Shown: positions 24,458 to 36,727 of the stretch, in pieces | Layout of the letters: every line of letters starts with the position of its first letter | How positions within the stretch are numbered: the stretch's first letter is position 1 | DNA from: Carcharhinus amblyrhynchos | Taxonomy: Eukaryota | Assembly (NCBI GenBank): GCA_965287045.1 | Contig: OZ336876.1 | Coordinates: 22,196,001 to 22,260,000 of the forward strand | DNA: 64,000 nucleotides | Reading direction: 5' to 3' | Position numbers and translations under genes: made by a program | Notes under the pieces: generated by a model | What the model was told of the DNA's origin: nothing | What the model saw: only the letters and a program-made list of their open reading frames with translations | Databases searched by the model: none

Positions 24458-24678
24458 GTGATATTTTTGACGTACAGCTACGGTATTAAATATCGTCAAT
24501 CAGGGCAATATACAAATGCTGAAGCTTTGTCAAGATTGCCATTACAAATTGAGCAAGAACCAGTAGAAAAGTTTTGTCAACATCCTATATTTCTCAAGTG
24601 GATAGCGTACCTTCATCTTAAGTTCAGAGACACACAAGAACCTATCCAGTAATGGGGGATGCTATGGATATGGTTCTG

Positions 24679-24965
24679 GAGCAGCACAATGACAGTGGTT
24701 AGCATTGCTATCTCACAGCGCCAAGGGCCCGGGTTCGGGTCACTGTCTGTGCGGAGTCTGCATGTTCTCCCGTGTCTGCGTGGGTTTCCTCCAGATTCTC
24801 CAGTTTCCTCTGAAAGATGTGCTGGTTAGGTGCATTGGCAGTGCTAAATTCTCCTTCAGCGTACCCGAACAGGCACTGGAGTGTCGTGACTAGAGGATTT
24901 TCACAGTAACTTCATTGCAGTGTTAATATAAGCCTACTTGTGGCACTAATAAATAAAACTAAAAC
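24679..24965 (+). mobile_element. HE1/V-like SINE with non-CR1 tail (ctaataaataaaact)
   Basis: Head gcagcacaatgacagtggttagcattgct...gggttcgg; V-like core; distinct 3' end. Confidence 0.8.
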
Positions 24966-25228
24966 TAAAGGGAACAATGACAGAAGAACATTGTAAAAAC
25001 CCAAACCCCAGGCCTTACTTCACAGGACAGTTTGGAGTGGAGTTTCATTTACGGGGAACCTGAGTGATTATTTCTTTGCGCTTATGTGAGAGAATCCTTA
25101 AACAGTTACACGAGAAACATCCAGGTGTAGTGAGAGTGAAGGAACTGGCATTTAATTATTTTAGGTGGCCAGGATTAGATGCACAAAATCAAAGAGAAAG
25201 GAAGAAACACTCCACCGGTACAAGCCTT

Positions 25229-25625
25229 AGACTTTATTCTGTATCTAACCCTGTGCTGTACCTGTCTTGGGAGTAAATGATGGGGACAATATAGAGGGAG
25301 CTTTACTCTACCTGTCCTAGGAGTGTGTGATGGGGAGAGTGTAGAGGAAGCTTTTCTCTGAATCCAACCCCGTGCTATACCTGTCCTGGGAGTGTTTGAT
25401 GGCGGACAGTATAGAGGGAGCTTTACTGTGTATTTAATCCTGTCTGTACCTGTCCTGGGAGTGTATGATGAGGACAGTAAAGTGGGAGCTTTATTTAACC
25501 CCATGCTTTACCTGTCCTGGGAGTGTTTGATGGGGCAGTGTCGAGGGAATTTTACTCTGTACCAACCCCGTGCTGTACCTGTCCTTGGGAGTATTTGATG
25601 GGGACAGTGTAGAGGGAGATTTTAA
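25229..25625 (+). repeat. ~69-bp minisatellite, ~6 degenerate units
   Basis: Unit consensus gtatctaaccccgtgctgtacctgtcctgggagtgtttgatggggacagtgtagagggagctttactct. Confidence 0.9.
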
Positions 25626-27156
25626 CTGGTGTTGTGAGACTTCTTACCATGGCTGAAACAGCCATAGCAGAGAATGCATTTAGATTATGCTGCTTCAGTA
25701 GAGGGACACATGATCCTTGTTTTGGTAGATGCACAATCTAAATGGCTGGAAGTAGTGATCCTGAAATCCATGAAAGCAGAACAGATCACTAAGGGTGAAA
25801 TATTTGCTAGATTTGGTAGACCTGAGCAATAGTAAGGGACAATGGGACACAGCTCACATCCAAGGAGTTTGAAAACTACTGGAAATGGTACACAACTCAT
25901 CAAGTCATTTCCGTACCATTCATCTACAAATGGACTTGCCAAATGATTCGTACAGTCACTTAAATATTCAATAATGGTATCAACGGACCAAGGTGCATTG
26001 TTAAGATGAGTAAATAATTTCTTGATATTATACAGGAACACCATACACACAGAGTTCACCAGCGATGCTGCTTTTAGAAAGAAAGCTAAGATTAAAATTT
26101 GACCTTTCGATACACCTGATACTTCAGAGATTGTTGAACAACAAAAAAAGGCAAGGTTTTCTAGGAGGGAACAGGGTTAAAACCAGTCTTTTAACCCTGG
26201 TTAAAAGAGTATTTAACCAGGGAGAGGAAGTACTAGCAAAAAGCTACACTACCAATGAGAAATGGGTATCTGCAAAAAACAGGTTCAATAGCTGACAATA
26301 TTGTACAGATCGATGTTGAGAGAGTTTGGCGACGTCCACTGGCTAGATATTACCCTCAAGAAGTGAAATCACTGAAGCTTCATGAGAAGTACTTTACATC
26401 AGAAATGTTAAGTAGTGAGATCTCCGAACAGAGACTAGCCATAGAGTTAAATTCAGATGCTGTTTCTGAAGAATTTTCAACACCAATGGAAACTGACACC
26501 AAAATAGTTTCATATGAAGAATTACAACAGAAGAGAAAGAGGACACTTCAATGGGGGAATGCCATCAAGTGGCTGTGATGGTACTTGGTGAAGGTGGTGA
26601 GAGTGTAATTTGTGGGTGAGGAGGGTATTCAGTGGAGTTGGGGATTGTCAGAGGGTCGGGAAAGTAGTCGGGAGGTGGGGAGTTAGTAGTTGGGGGATGA
26701 GTGGTGTCAGATAGTTTGGCTTGGTGTGTTCTGGGGGGTAGCGGAGTTGTCAGGGGATGGTGTTAGTTCGGGATGGGAGGGTACGATCCTAGTACATGAC
26801 CAATCTAAGAACGGAGGTTCTGGGCCATTCGATTTGTCTAATTCTTCCGACCGGATTGGATAATTTCATGCTTCATTACATTGTATGCCACCTTCCATGT
26901 TCTCATACAATCTAATCATATTCCTCTACAGCCTCTTTACATCCTTTTCACTGCTTACTTTCCCATCTAACTTTATATTGTCAGCAAACTGAGATACATT
27001 GAATTAAGTTCCCTCTCTAAGTCAATAATACAGATGGTAACTAGCTGAGGCTCGAGTATGGATCCTTCTGATGCCCTGTTGGTTACAGCCTGCCAACCCA
27101 AACATGTTTGATTTTCTTCCTATTCTCTATTTTACCAATCCATGCTAGAAGACCCA

Positions 27157-27322
27157 AGGCTGAATTTTCTGGTCCTTCCTATTGGCAGGATCTCTCAGTC
27201 CCACTGATGGTGACCCCAGTGTGGCAGGTTCCCGAGTGCCATGCCCAGCCAACAATACAAAACGGCATCGACAGTGGCAGGACTAGAAAATTTTGGTGGC
27301 GGATGTGGAAAATCGCACGCCT
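27157..27322. mobile_element. PIF/Harbinger-type MITE inserted in CR1
   Basis: aggctgaattttct ... ggaaaatcgcacgcct; interrupts the CR1 RT frame; internal similarity to 7080-7280. Confidence 0.6.
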
Positions 27323-27832
27323 AACTTTGTATAATCCTGTTTTATGAGGTACCTTGTCAAAAGCTTTTTCGAAATCTAAATACATCACATTCACTAGTTC
27401 ACCCTTAGCCACTTTACTTGTTACATCCTCAAAAACCATTAACAGGTCTGTTAAACATGATTTCCCTTCCATAAACCAGTGTTGACTCCATTTAATTATA
27501 TTACTATTTTCTAAATGCCCTGTTCTATGCACCACATCCCGAAATTAGATTTTAGCATTTTGCCTGATAATTTGAGGCTAACTAATCTATAAATCCCAGT
27601 TTTCTCCTTTCTTAAATATTAGGATTATCTTCCGATCCTTGGGAACTGTTCTAGAATTTAAGAAATTCTGAATTATCAAAACTCTGCAGTTATATTTTTA
27701 AAATTCTAGGATGCAGGTCAATGGAACTTCTTACCATTTAATCTCATTAATTTATTCAGTCTTATTTTTTTCCTTTTACTGAATTCTTCCCGATCCTCAT
27801 TCTTACTGGACCCTTAATTCATTTCTGGAATG

Positions 27833-28150
27833 ACACATCTCTCGGCCTTTTGGCTTAGATCAAGTGTAGTGTAGACATGCTATGCTTGGTTGAAGTCATC
27901 AGGTTACATTGCAGCTTCATTTGAAGCAATTTTTAAAAGCGGCATCTCGGCCTTTTGGCTAAGATGCAAATGAGATCAAGCCTTGGAGGAGGAGCTATGC
28001 CGACACGCCAATCAGCTTGGATCATGTCGATCAAGCCCAAGACAGGAGGTGAGAGCCCTGTCTTGTCAGTGTGGATCAGGAATGTCTCAACTTGTTGAGA
28101 ATCTGAATTGGACTTGATTTGATAGAATTGCAATAAAAACACAAAAAAAA
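27833..28150 (+). mobile_element. U2-snRNA-headed SINE-like element (SINEU-like) with two U2 5' fragments and an A-rich tail
   Basis: ctctcggccttttggcttagatcaagtgtagt matches the U2 5' end; second copy tctcggccttttggctaagat at 27945-27965; ends caataaaaacacaaaaaaaa; inserted within CR1. Confidence 0.75.
27838..27870 (+). pseudogene. U2 snRNA 5' fragment (stem-loop I through the branch-point recognition region)
   Basis: Close match to vertebrate U2 TTCTCGGCCTTTTGGCTAAGATCAAGTGTAGT; remainder of U2 (including Sm site) absent. Confidence 0.85.
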
Positions 28151-29919
28151 TCTACAAAAGGACAGACACAAAGCATTTATTTAGTGTCTCTGCCATTTCC
28201 TTATCCTGTATTGAAATTTTATTTATTTATGCCTCTAAAAGGTCTATGTCTACTTTCATTAATCTTTTCCTATTTGCATATCTATAGAAATATTTATTTC
28301 TCATGCTAGCCTTGTTCATTTGTTCTCTTTTCTCTTTCCTTATTGACTTCTTGTTCCTCCTTTGCTGAATTCTAGATTCCATTAACAAACTGTGGATATT
28401 GTGACAGGGTCAACACTGAAGGTACTTGGACACCTACAAGGCGGCAGTTCAGCAAAGCACAGTGCTATGGATGTTTGGATGCTGTGTGAATATGATTTGC
28501 GAATCATCATGGAACATTATTAGTAAGATTATTCCAAAGGATCATGTAAACATTGTTGTGGTTGTGTTATTTCTTAATTCACTGCCAAAACGTCTTTGTT
28601 GAATTTGGAATTGTCTAAGATGTGCTGGCTCATGTAACATAAATATTTATGTCTCTGATGGATTATTTGTTGAGTTCTTTCTTGTCAGTCACGCTGCACA
28701 TAGGTTAACGTCAATTAATTCTACCTGCATGAGCAAGCTACATAGTTTCAGATGGAAATTACAGCTTTGATAGGGTGTAAAAGCGATATCAGCAGATTTC
28801 CAAGCTGTTTTACATTGGCACATCAATGCAAAGTTGTAATATTCCACAAAGAAGGTCTGATCTGCTAATGCCTGCTTCATGGCACCATGAAAGTTAAAAT
28901 TTTCACCCTATATGTTAGAGTCTGGCCAATATTCACACTGATTGTAAGTCTACCTCTGGCCAATATTTCTGTCTCAGTTCAAGATTTACATAGTACAGGA
29001 AGGCTTTGATATTCGCAGTTTAGTGCTGTCATTGTACTGAATGTGGCTGGGGATTTAGTTAACAAGACTTGGAATAAATCAGTGAGTCCATTCAATTATA
29101 CACATGCTGTATTAAAAATCTGTGAATGGCTGAATAATTAATGGTGCAATGGTCTATTCATCATCCATACTGTTCCCAGTACAGACTCCACCAGAATCCT
29201 CATCAGTCTGTATGTCATTCCTTCACAACGCTGCTCTTTGCCAGTATCTCTCAGTCTATTCTCATGTGCTGCTGAACTTGGCCTCCACTGATTGACAATC
29301 TTCCTAGTGGCCTTTGGTATTAGGCAACCCCTTCAACCTGTTGTCAACCGAGCCTAATAAGGATAATACCAGGCACAATTGTTTTGATCTAGGCAATGGA
29401 TTTGGTTACAACATGGGCACACCAAACCCAATCAACCCTGCAAACTCTTCCACATTAAAATTGTGCCACTGGTTCCACAAGCTGGTCAAACAACCAGCCT
29501 GATGTAATCATACTCACCAAATAATACCTTACAACCAATGGAGATCCCTTCATTATCATTTTTGAATATTTTCTGTCTCACCAGCAGGACAGACACATAC
29601 AGTAGTGGTGGCATAGTGGTATACAGTTGGGAGGGAGTGACCTTGGGTGTCCTCAAGTGTCCTTGACTATGGAGCTCGTAAAGTCTCATAGCATCAGGTC
29701 ATTGTGAACAAGAAAACCTCGTGCTGATTACCACTGACTGTCCTCTCTGAACTGCTGAGTCAATACTCGTCCATGTTGAATTCTATTGTGAAGAAGCACT
29801 GAAGGTAGCAATGGCATAGAATATACACTGGGTGGAGAACTTCAATGTCCATCACTAATACTGGCTCAGTAGCACTGTTACTGACTAAGCTGGCTGAGTC
29901 CTGAAGGATATCTCCTTTA

Positions 29920-32134
29920 CGATAGCATTGGAAAGAGATAGGATCAGGCAAGCTAGGAAAGTGTTTATCTGCAATAAGGGGAAATATGAAGGCATCGGGC
30001 AGGAAATTAGATGAGTAAATTGGAAGGAGGTGTTCTTGGGGAAAAGTACCGAAGGAAGGTGGCGGATTTTCAAGGAATGTTTGCCTGGAGCTCTGCACGA
30101 CAATGTTCCGATGAGACAGGGAGGTTTTGGTAGGTTACGGGAACCGTGGCGCATGAAGGTTGTAATGAACCTAGGCAAAAAGAAAAAAAGGCGTACAGAA
30201 GTTTAAGAGAGCTAGGAGATGTTAGGGATCTAGAGGAGTATACGGGTTGTAGGAAGGAACTTAAAAAGGAAATTAGGAGAGCCAGAAGGGGTCACGAGAA
30301 GGCCTTGGTGGGTAAGATTAAGGAGAACCCTAAGGCGTTCTACAAATATGTGAAGAGTAAAAGGAAGAGATGCGAAGGAATAGGACCTATAAAATGTGAA
30401 GGTGGGAAAGTTTGTGCGGAACCGGTAGAAATGGCTGAGGTGCTTAATGAATACTTTACCTCGGTATTCACGATGGAAAATGATCTGGATGGTTGTACTG
30501 CAGGTTTGCGGCGGACTGAAAAGATTGAGTATGTGGACATTAAGAAAGAGGATGTGTTGGAAATTTTGAATAGCATCAAGATAGATAAGTCGCCAGGACT
30601 GGATGAGATGTACCCCAGGTTACTGTGGGAGGTGAGGGAGGTGATTGCAGAGCCCCTGGCGATGATCTTTGCATCGTCGATGGAGACGGGTGAAGTTCCG
30701 GAGGATTGGAGGATTGCGGATGTGGTTCCTATTTTCAAGAAAGGGAACAGGGATAGCCCGGGAAATTACCGACCGGTGAGTCTAACCTCAGTGGTTGGTA
30801 AGTTGATGGAAAAGATCCTGAGGGACAGGATTTATGAACATTTAGAGAAGTTTATTATGCTCAAAAGTAGTCAGCATGGCTTTGTCAAGGGCAGGTCATG
30901 TGTTACAAGCCTCGTTGAGTTCTTTGAAAATGTGACTAAACACATTGATGAAGGAAGAGTGGTAGATGTGGATGATATGGACTTCAGTAAGGCATTCGAT
31001 AAGGTCCCCCATGCAAGACTTCTTGAGAAAGTGAGAGGGCATGGGATCCAAGGGGCTATGGCTTTGTGGATCCAGAACTGGCTTGCCCATAGAAGGCGGA
31101 GAATGGTTGCGGATGAGTCTTTTTCTGCATGGAGGTTGGTCACCAGTGGAGTGCCCCAGGGATCTGTTCTGGGACCCTTGCTGTTTGTGATTTTCGTAAA
31201 TGACCTGAATGAGGAAGTGGAGGGATGGGTTGGTAAGTTTGCCGATGACATGAAGGTTGGTGGTGTTGTGGATAGTCTGGAGGGATGTCAGAAGTTACAG
31301 CGTGACATAGATAGGATGCAAGACTGAGTGGAGAAGTGACAGATGGACTTCAACCCGGACAAATGAGTAGTGGTCCATTTTGGCAGGTCCAATGGGATGA
31401 AGGAGTACACTTTCAAGGGTAAGACTCTTAGCAGTGTAGAGGATCAGAAGGACCTTGGGGTCTGGGACCATAGGACTCTTAAATTGGCCTCGCAGGTAGA
31501 GGATGTGGTCAAGAAGGCGTATGGTGTACTGGCCTTCATCAATTGAGGAATTGAGTTTAGGAGTTGGGAGATAATGCTGCAGCTCTAAAAGACCCTAGTC
31601 AGACCCCACTTGGAGTACTGTGCTCAGTTCTGGTCGCCTCATTACAGGAAGGATGTGGAAGCAATTGAAAGGGTGCAGAGGAGATTTACAAGGATGTTGC
31701 CTGGATTGGGTGGCATGCCTTATGAGGATAGGTTGAGGGAGCTCGGTCTTTTCTCCCTGGAGAGACGAAGGATGAGAGATGACCTGATAGAGGTTTATAA
31801 GATGCCGAGAGGTATTGATCGGGTCGATTCTCAGAGGCTATTTCCCAGGGCTGAAATGGTCGCTACGAGACGACACAGGTTTAAGGTGCTGGGAAGCAAG
31901 TACAGAGAAGCTGTCAGGGGTAAGTTTTTCACTCAGAGGGTGGTGGGTGAGTGGAATCGGCTGCCATTGGTGGTGATGGAGGCGAATTTGTTCGGGTCTT
32001 TTAAGAGACTTCTGGATGAGTACATGGTATTTAATAGGATTGAGGGTTATAAGTACGCCTAGTAGGCAGGGACATGATCAGCACAACTTGTGGGCCAAAG
32101 GGCCTGTTTGTGCTGTAGTTTTTCTATGTTCTAT
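29920..32134 (+). mobile_element. CR1 LINE, 5'-truncated ORF2
   Basis: 393-aa ORF 30146-31327 with NYRPVSLTSVVGK, DFSKAFDKVPH, PQGSVLGP, KFADD; stop codons downstream; ttctatgttctat tail. Confidence 0.95.
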
Positions 32135-32514
32135 ATTTATGATATTTCTGCCCAATTGGGCCTGCAGCAAGCGGTGAGAGAACCAAAACAGGGGAAAAAT
32201 CTACATGACAGATTCCCATTTGACAACATCGATAGAAATGATAACCATGTGGTCCTTGTGAAGACATAGATACACCTTCACACTGAGGATACCCTGCATC
32301 ATGTTATGTGGCACCACCACCACCACAGTAAGTGACATATTCTGGATCTATGTCCAGTTTTGAGCTGCTAGGTATGTTCCAAATCTATTTGATATCTGTA
32401 ACCTCATGGCTCAGCATATCTCTCATTGTATCATCTATCAAGTCAGGAAGAGACACTTGCCAAGAGCAGCCTTCAGACCTACCTAAAAATGGGGTACCAG
32501 CCTGGTGAATCGAT

Positions 32515-32662
32515 GGGTGAGATTCTCTGCCTGCACCGCCACCCCCCAGCTGTGTGTTTGTTGGCAGTGGGATGTGGCATGGCAGCAGCAGGAACTTCAG
32601 GTCCCACTGCAGAGGTGGAACTGTAAGATCCCACCAGCTTGAATAGCCGGAAACTTCCAGCC
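32515..32662. mobile_element. PIF/Harbinger-type MITE
   Basis: gggtgagattctct ... ggaaacttccagcc termini. Confidence 0.5.
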
Positions 32663-33740
32663 TACATGTCAGGACAACACGTATGCTAAACATTAGAATC
32701 AGCATGTGATAGACAGAGATAAGCAATCCCAAAACCAACAGGTCAGGTCAAAGCTCTACATTTCTTTTACATATGGCCGTGAATCGTGGTGGCAATTAAA
32801 TAAATAATGGGAGGAAGAGGTTTTGCAAACAACTCTATCCTCAATGGAGGAAAAGTCCAGTACATCAGTGCAAAAGACAAAGCTGAAACATTTGCAATCA
32901 AATCTTAGCCAGAAGTGTTGAGTGGATGATCCGTCATGCACTTCCCTTGAAGTGCCTACCATCACAGAATTCAGTCTTCAGCTTATATGTTTCACCTCAT
33001 GTGATATTAAGAAAAGGTTGATCGTGCCACGTACAGGGCTATGGGCCCTGAGAGTATTGAAGACTTGTGATCCAGAACTAACTGTATCCTCAGCTAAGCT
33101 GTCCCAGTATAGCTGCCTGACAATATGGAAAATTACCTACAGTCACAGATGCCATAATTCCTGTCATTAGTGCTTCTACTGGCATTGAGGGTAGAGATGG
33201 ACCTTCCAGGGTGTATTTACAGCTGGAATTAGATAAGAGCAGAAATAATAGGAGTGGGTGTAGAAGGAGGCAGGTTCAATCAGGATTTTCAAGAGGGCAT
33301 TGGAGAATGATTTGAATAGAAATGACGTGTTAGGTAAGGGAAAAAGGCAGTGGAATGGCAATAAGTCATAATGCTGAGAGATAGTACAGACACTATGGGG
33401 TGAATGGTCATCTTTTGCACCATAACAATTCTGTGACTGGATGGCAATTGAAAGGTGCAAACATCTGAAGATGATAGAGATGGTCATAATAAAAAAAAGT
33501 TGGCAGACATTGGGAATGGTGTTTGAGAAAATGGACAGAAGCTGCACATGTTATGTTTTTATAAAGATATAAAGGCACCAATCATTCATAAAGGTTTGGG
33601 TAAAAATATTATGGGTTCATTTATTGAGACATGGCACACATGAACAGATATATATATAGATAGAAGATATCAAAACTGCAGAACTGTGCATGTGTGCGCT
33701 GCTAAAGCAAAAGTGAAACTAAAGCTGAATTGCATTACAG

Positions 33741-33899
33741 GATTCATTTCTGGTGCTGCTGCAATCCCTTAAAAGTATATTCCAACAGGATGCAGCACTT
33801 TATCTGGAGGAAATCAGTGCTAACCTTAGCATAGAGGGAGCGGAAACGAAAGGTGTTAGCATGACCACTAGGCGAGGAAAGCATGTCATCTTGAACTAG
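33741..33899 (+). CDS. Candidate terminal coding exon of an unidentified host gene (DSFLVLLQSLKSIFQQDAALYLEEIS...RRGKHVILN*)
   Basis: ttacag| acceptor (weak pyrimidine tract), phase 0, 52 open codons with protein-like composition, TAG at 33897-33899, AATAAA at 34180-34185. Confidence 0.5.
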   Translation, partial: DSFLVLLQSLKSIFQQDAALYLEEISANLSIEGAETKGVSMTTRRGKHVILN

Positions 33900-34274
33900 G
33901 CGGAATGAGTAGAGTTCTCGGTTCAGTTGAATGAGCAAAAGGAAATAATTTCCTCCAAGATCTGTGATGCCAAAAGAGAGAATCTATCTCAAAGGATGGG
34001 GCATTGTATGATATGCAATGTTTCTGAATTGTGTCTTGTAGGATTTGAAAACCTTAGAGAATTAAAGCCAGAAGTGTAGGACAAGGGAGCATGTTGCTTG
34101 AGGCAACTTTTGGGAAGTGATGATTTGGATGCCTATTGAAAGTTGAATTGTCATTTTGATTTTTATCAATTGAAATGTTAATAAATGTCCAAGTAATACT
34201 GGTGATTAAAATGAACAAGAACGCATAATTTTTTATGTGAAATGTTTAAAGTTTTCTGGAAAGAACATAAAAGA

Positions 34275-34672
34275 AAGACTTGCATCACATAATGCTTTGC
34301 ACAAACACCAGGTAACTCAAAGTACATCACAGTTAATTAAGTACTTTTGAAATGTTGTAATGTCAAAAGTGCACAGCCAATATGCATGTTGCAAATTCCC
34401 AAAATCGGCAATGTAATAGTAACCAGATAATCTGTCTTTGTGTTGTAGATTGACCAGGATACAAGGGATGACTCCATTGCTCATCTTTGAATTAGTACCA
34501 CAAAATCTTCGATATCCATCCAAAAAGGCAGATGGAGCCTTAGTTTAATCTCTCATTGAAAAGATAACACCTCCAACATGGCAGAATGCACTCAGTACTG
34601 CACTGGAACAGGTTTTGAACGCAGAATGTAGTGACTTAGAGGCAAGCATGCTATCAATTGAGTCATGGCTGA
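34275..34672 (-). mobile_element. LF-SINE-like ancient SINE
   Basis: Reverse complement reads tcagccatgactcaattgatagcatgcttgcctctaagtc...ccagtgcagtactgagtgcattctgcc...gagattaaactaaggctccatctgcc, resembling LF-SINE head and core. Confidence 0.7.
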
Positions 34673-35129
34673 AACCTAAATGGTACCTTAACTTCCTTAG
34701 CACTATTTCAGTTTTGTTTCACCAATACCAATGGAGAATTGTTGTGCATACCTAGCACTTAATTACAAAGTCTGCATCACTGTTTTTCACAGGACCAATT
34801 TTGTATTCTCAAGTTTTTTGCAATTGTGAAATTGTTTTATATGAAATTGTCTAGGTTGGTATGTTTGAAAGAGTGACCAACATTTGGAATGGACTTTTAG
34901 GCAGGAAGCTTAAGAAAAAGTTAGAAGTTAAAAAGGAACAGTTGGGAGCTGTGATGGAACATGCCCTAGGTGGTGAGCAAGTGGTTCTTCATTCATGTTT
35001 ATCTTGTGTGACACCATTTATCCACTTGCCTTTGAGATTTTCAGTCAACCACAGAATAAATCTTCAATAGGCAGGCAGCCAACTTTAAAAAGGGTAAAAT
35101 CTAAAAATACCTGTGAAGCTAAATGTATT

Positions 35130-35545
35130 TGAAAATCCATTAATTGCTGCACACCCATGGACCTTCAATACTGTGATGTAGCAAGAACCAGATGACCAGT
35201 CGGGTACCTAAAACTCCACGTCAAGTATGCTTGCAAGTGTGACATGAAGACTCTGAACATCAAACCCTTGGAAGTCACTAACTGACAACAGAGGAAGATG
35301 GCAACACTACCTACAGGTTGATGTGCATCACCAAATGACCAGTGGCTAGGCAACAGGTGCCAAGGTTGAAATCTACAGCCCACATTGACACCTGGAACTT
35401 TCATGTGCAGCACATGTAGCAGCACCTGCCTCTCAAGGATTGGCCTCAATAACCATCAGCAAAGGTGCGCCATTTGAAGACGCTCCTTCTGAAATGGATT
35501 GTTTACTGCATTTGGAGTCAATCTTTTGTAGATAGATGGATGCCG
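35130..35545 (+). mobile_element. RTE-clade LINE 3' relic
   Basis: RPVGYLKLHVKYACKCDMK-like segment and terminal C2H2-like FMCSTCSSTCLSRIGLNNHQ. Confidence 0.65.
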
Positions 35546-36614
35546 ACAACAAAGGTTGTGCAAGTTATAACTCTGGTATTAAAACCAGATTGCTTCCTTC
35601 CTGACAAATACTATACAAAACAGCCTCTATAAAAATGCATCCCGTACTCAAAAATGTTTTTCATCTCACATCTGAAAAGGGTGCAGAACAAAAAAGTGAC
35701 TTATCTTCAACTTTCCAAATAGCAGTTTAAACTTATATGATAGCACAGGGGAAACATTTTGAAAAAACTGATAGCTAAGTAATTTAACTAGTTCTTTTCT
35801 CTCATCTTTCCTCTCTTCCTCACTTCAATCACCTCTGAATGACCCTAGTAGCAGGAAGAGGGATCTTTTCTTATGCCAATTTTTCTGGGGTGTTTACAAA
35901 ATCCTGGTCCAACCACAGACTCCAGATCTAACAGTGTTAAAAAGATTGATTTTATAGATACTTCAGTTTAAGAGCTGAGGGAATATTTTATTGTTTTAAG
36001 ATCAATGAGAAGATAAACTGTGGAACCGACGTGCATGAAGTATGATGTTCTGAGGCACAGCTTATATCTTGTTTACATATTAGTCATATTTGCCCAGGTT
36101 ATGTCTGGAGATGTTTCAACATAAATGTGACACGTAACATTAAAGGCTTCTTTCGTCTGAGCAGAAGTAAGAGATAGTAATCTGTTTAATCTGAAGATTC
36201 ACTGAAGTTTTGCAACTGTGGTTGATACACCTTGTTGTCCTTTTTCAGTTTTGCTAATTCTGGCTCTCACTGATTTAATCCCAAACATGGACATTTGGAC
36301 AGTGCTAACACACTTTGGAGGCATTATCAAGGTTATCCGCTTTCAACAGTCAATGTGACTGAAAGGCATGATGTCGGCCAACCATAGTTACGATATTAAC
36401 CGAGCATGCACATAGGTTAAAACTGTGCACACCCAAAATGAATCAATGATGACAAATTCTAAATATATTTTTACACTTCATTACAGGTCTCAAAAGTCAA
36501 TAAGGAAGTATAAATATGGAGTTTTAATAATTCTACTACCATTGTGCCAGAATTGCACCTATACTGCTATTATCAACATGACTTATTTAGAGGTTTAAAC
36601 AGAAGCACCAAAGC

Positions 36615-36727
36615 AAAATACTGCTGGAAACCCTGAAAGAAAAAATGCTGGAAATACTCAGCAGGTCAAGCAGCATCTGTGGAGAGAAACATAGCTAACG
36701 TTTCAGGTTGAGGATCTTTCATCAGGA
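36615..36727 (-). mobile_element. Penelope-like terminus with hammerhead motif
   Basis: Minus strand: CTGATGA aagatcctcaacct GAAA CGTTA gct. Confidence 0.65.

Larger units (their letters stand above)
24458..26560 (+). mobile_element. Gypsy pol relic (RNase H end and integrase), interrupted by a SINE and a satellite
   Basis: YSYGIKYRQ...NAEALSRLPL; LKQLHEKHPGVVRVKELA..YFRWPGLD; RMHLDYA, LVDAQSKWLEV, PYHSSTNGLA. Confidence 0.85.
26870..28380 (-). mobile_element. Old CR1 RT fragment interrupted by a MITE and a U2-derived element
   Basis: QHWFMEGKSCLTDL...MYLDFEKAFDKVPH in ORF 27179-27535. Confidence 0.8.
29300..33140 (+). mobile_element. Old copy of the EN-RT LINE family at 38460-41010, split by a CR1 and a MITE
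   Basis: 29470-29915 (KLVKQPA..VIILT) and 32140-33140 align by eye to the 38460-41010 element; gatat(c/t)tc occurs on both sides of the CR1. Confidence 0.7.

Noticed and set aside
25229-25625. CRISPR-like regular repeats
   Set aside because: Contiguous tandem units with no unique spacers, in a vertebrate context; this is a satellite.
27838-27965. Functional U2 snRNA gene
   Set aside because: Only the 5' ~35 nt are present; no Sm site or 3' stem-loops; embedded in a CR1.
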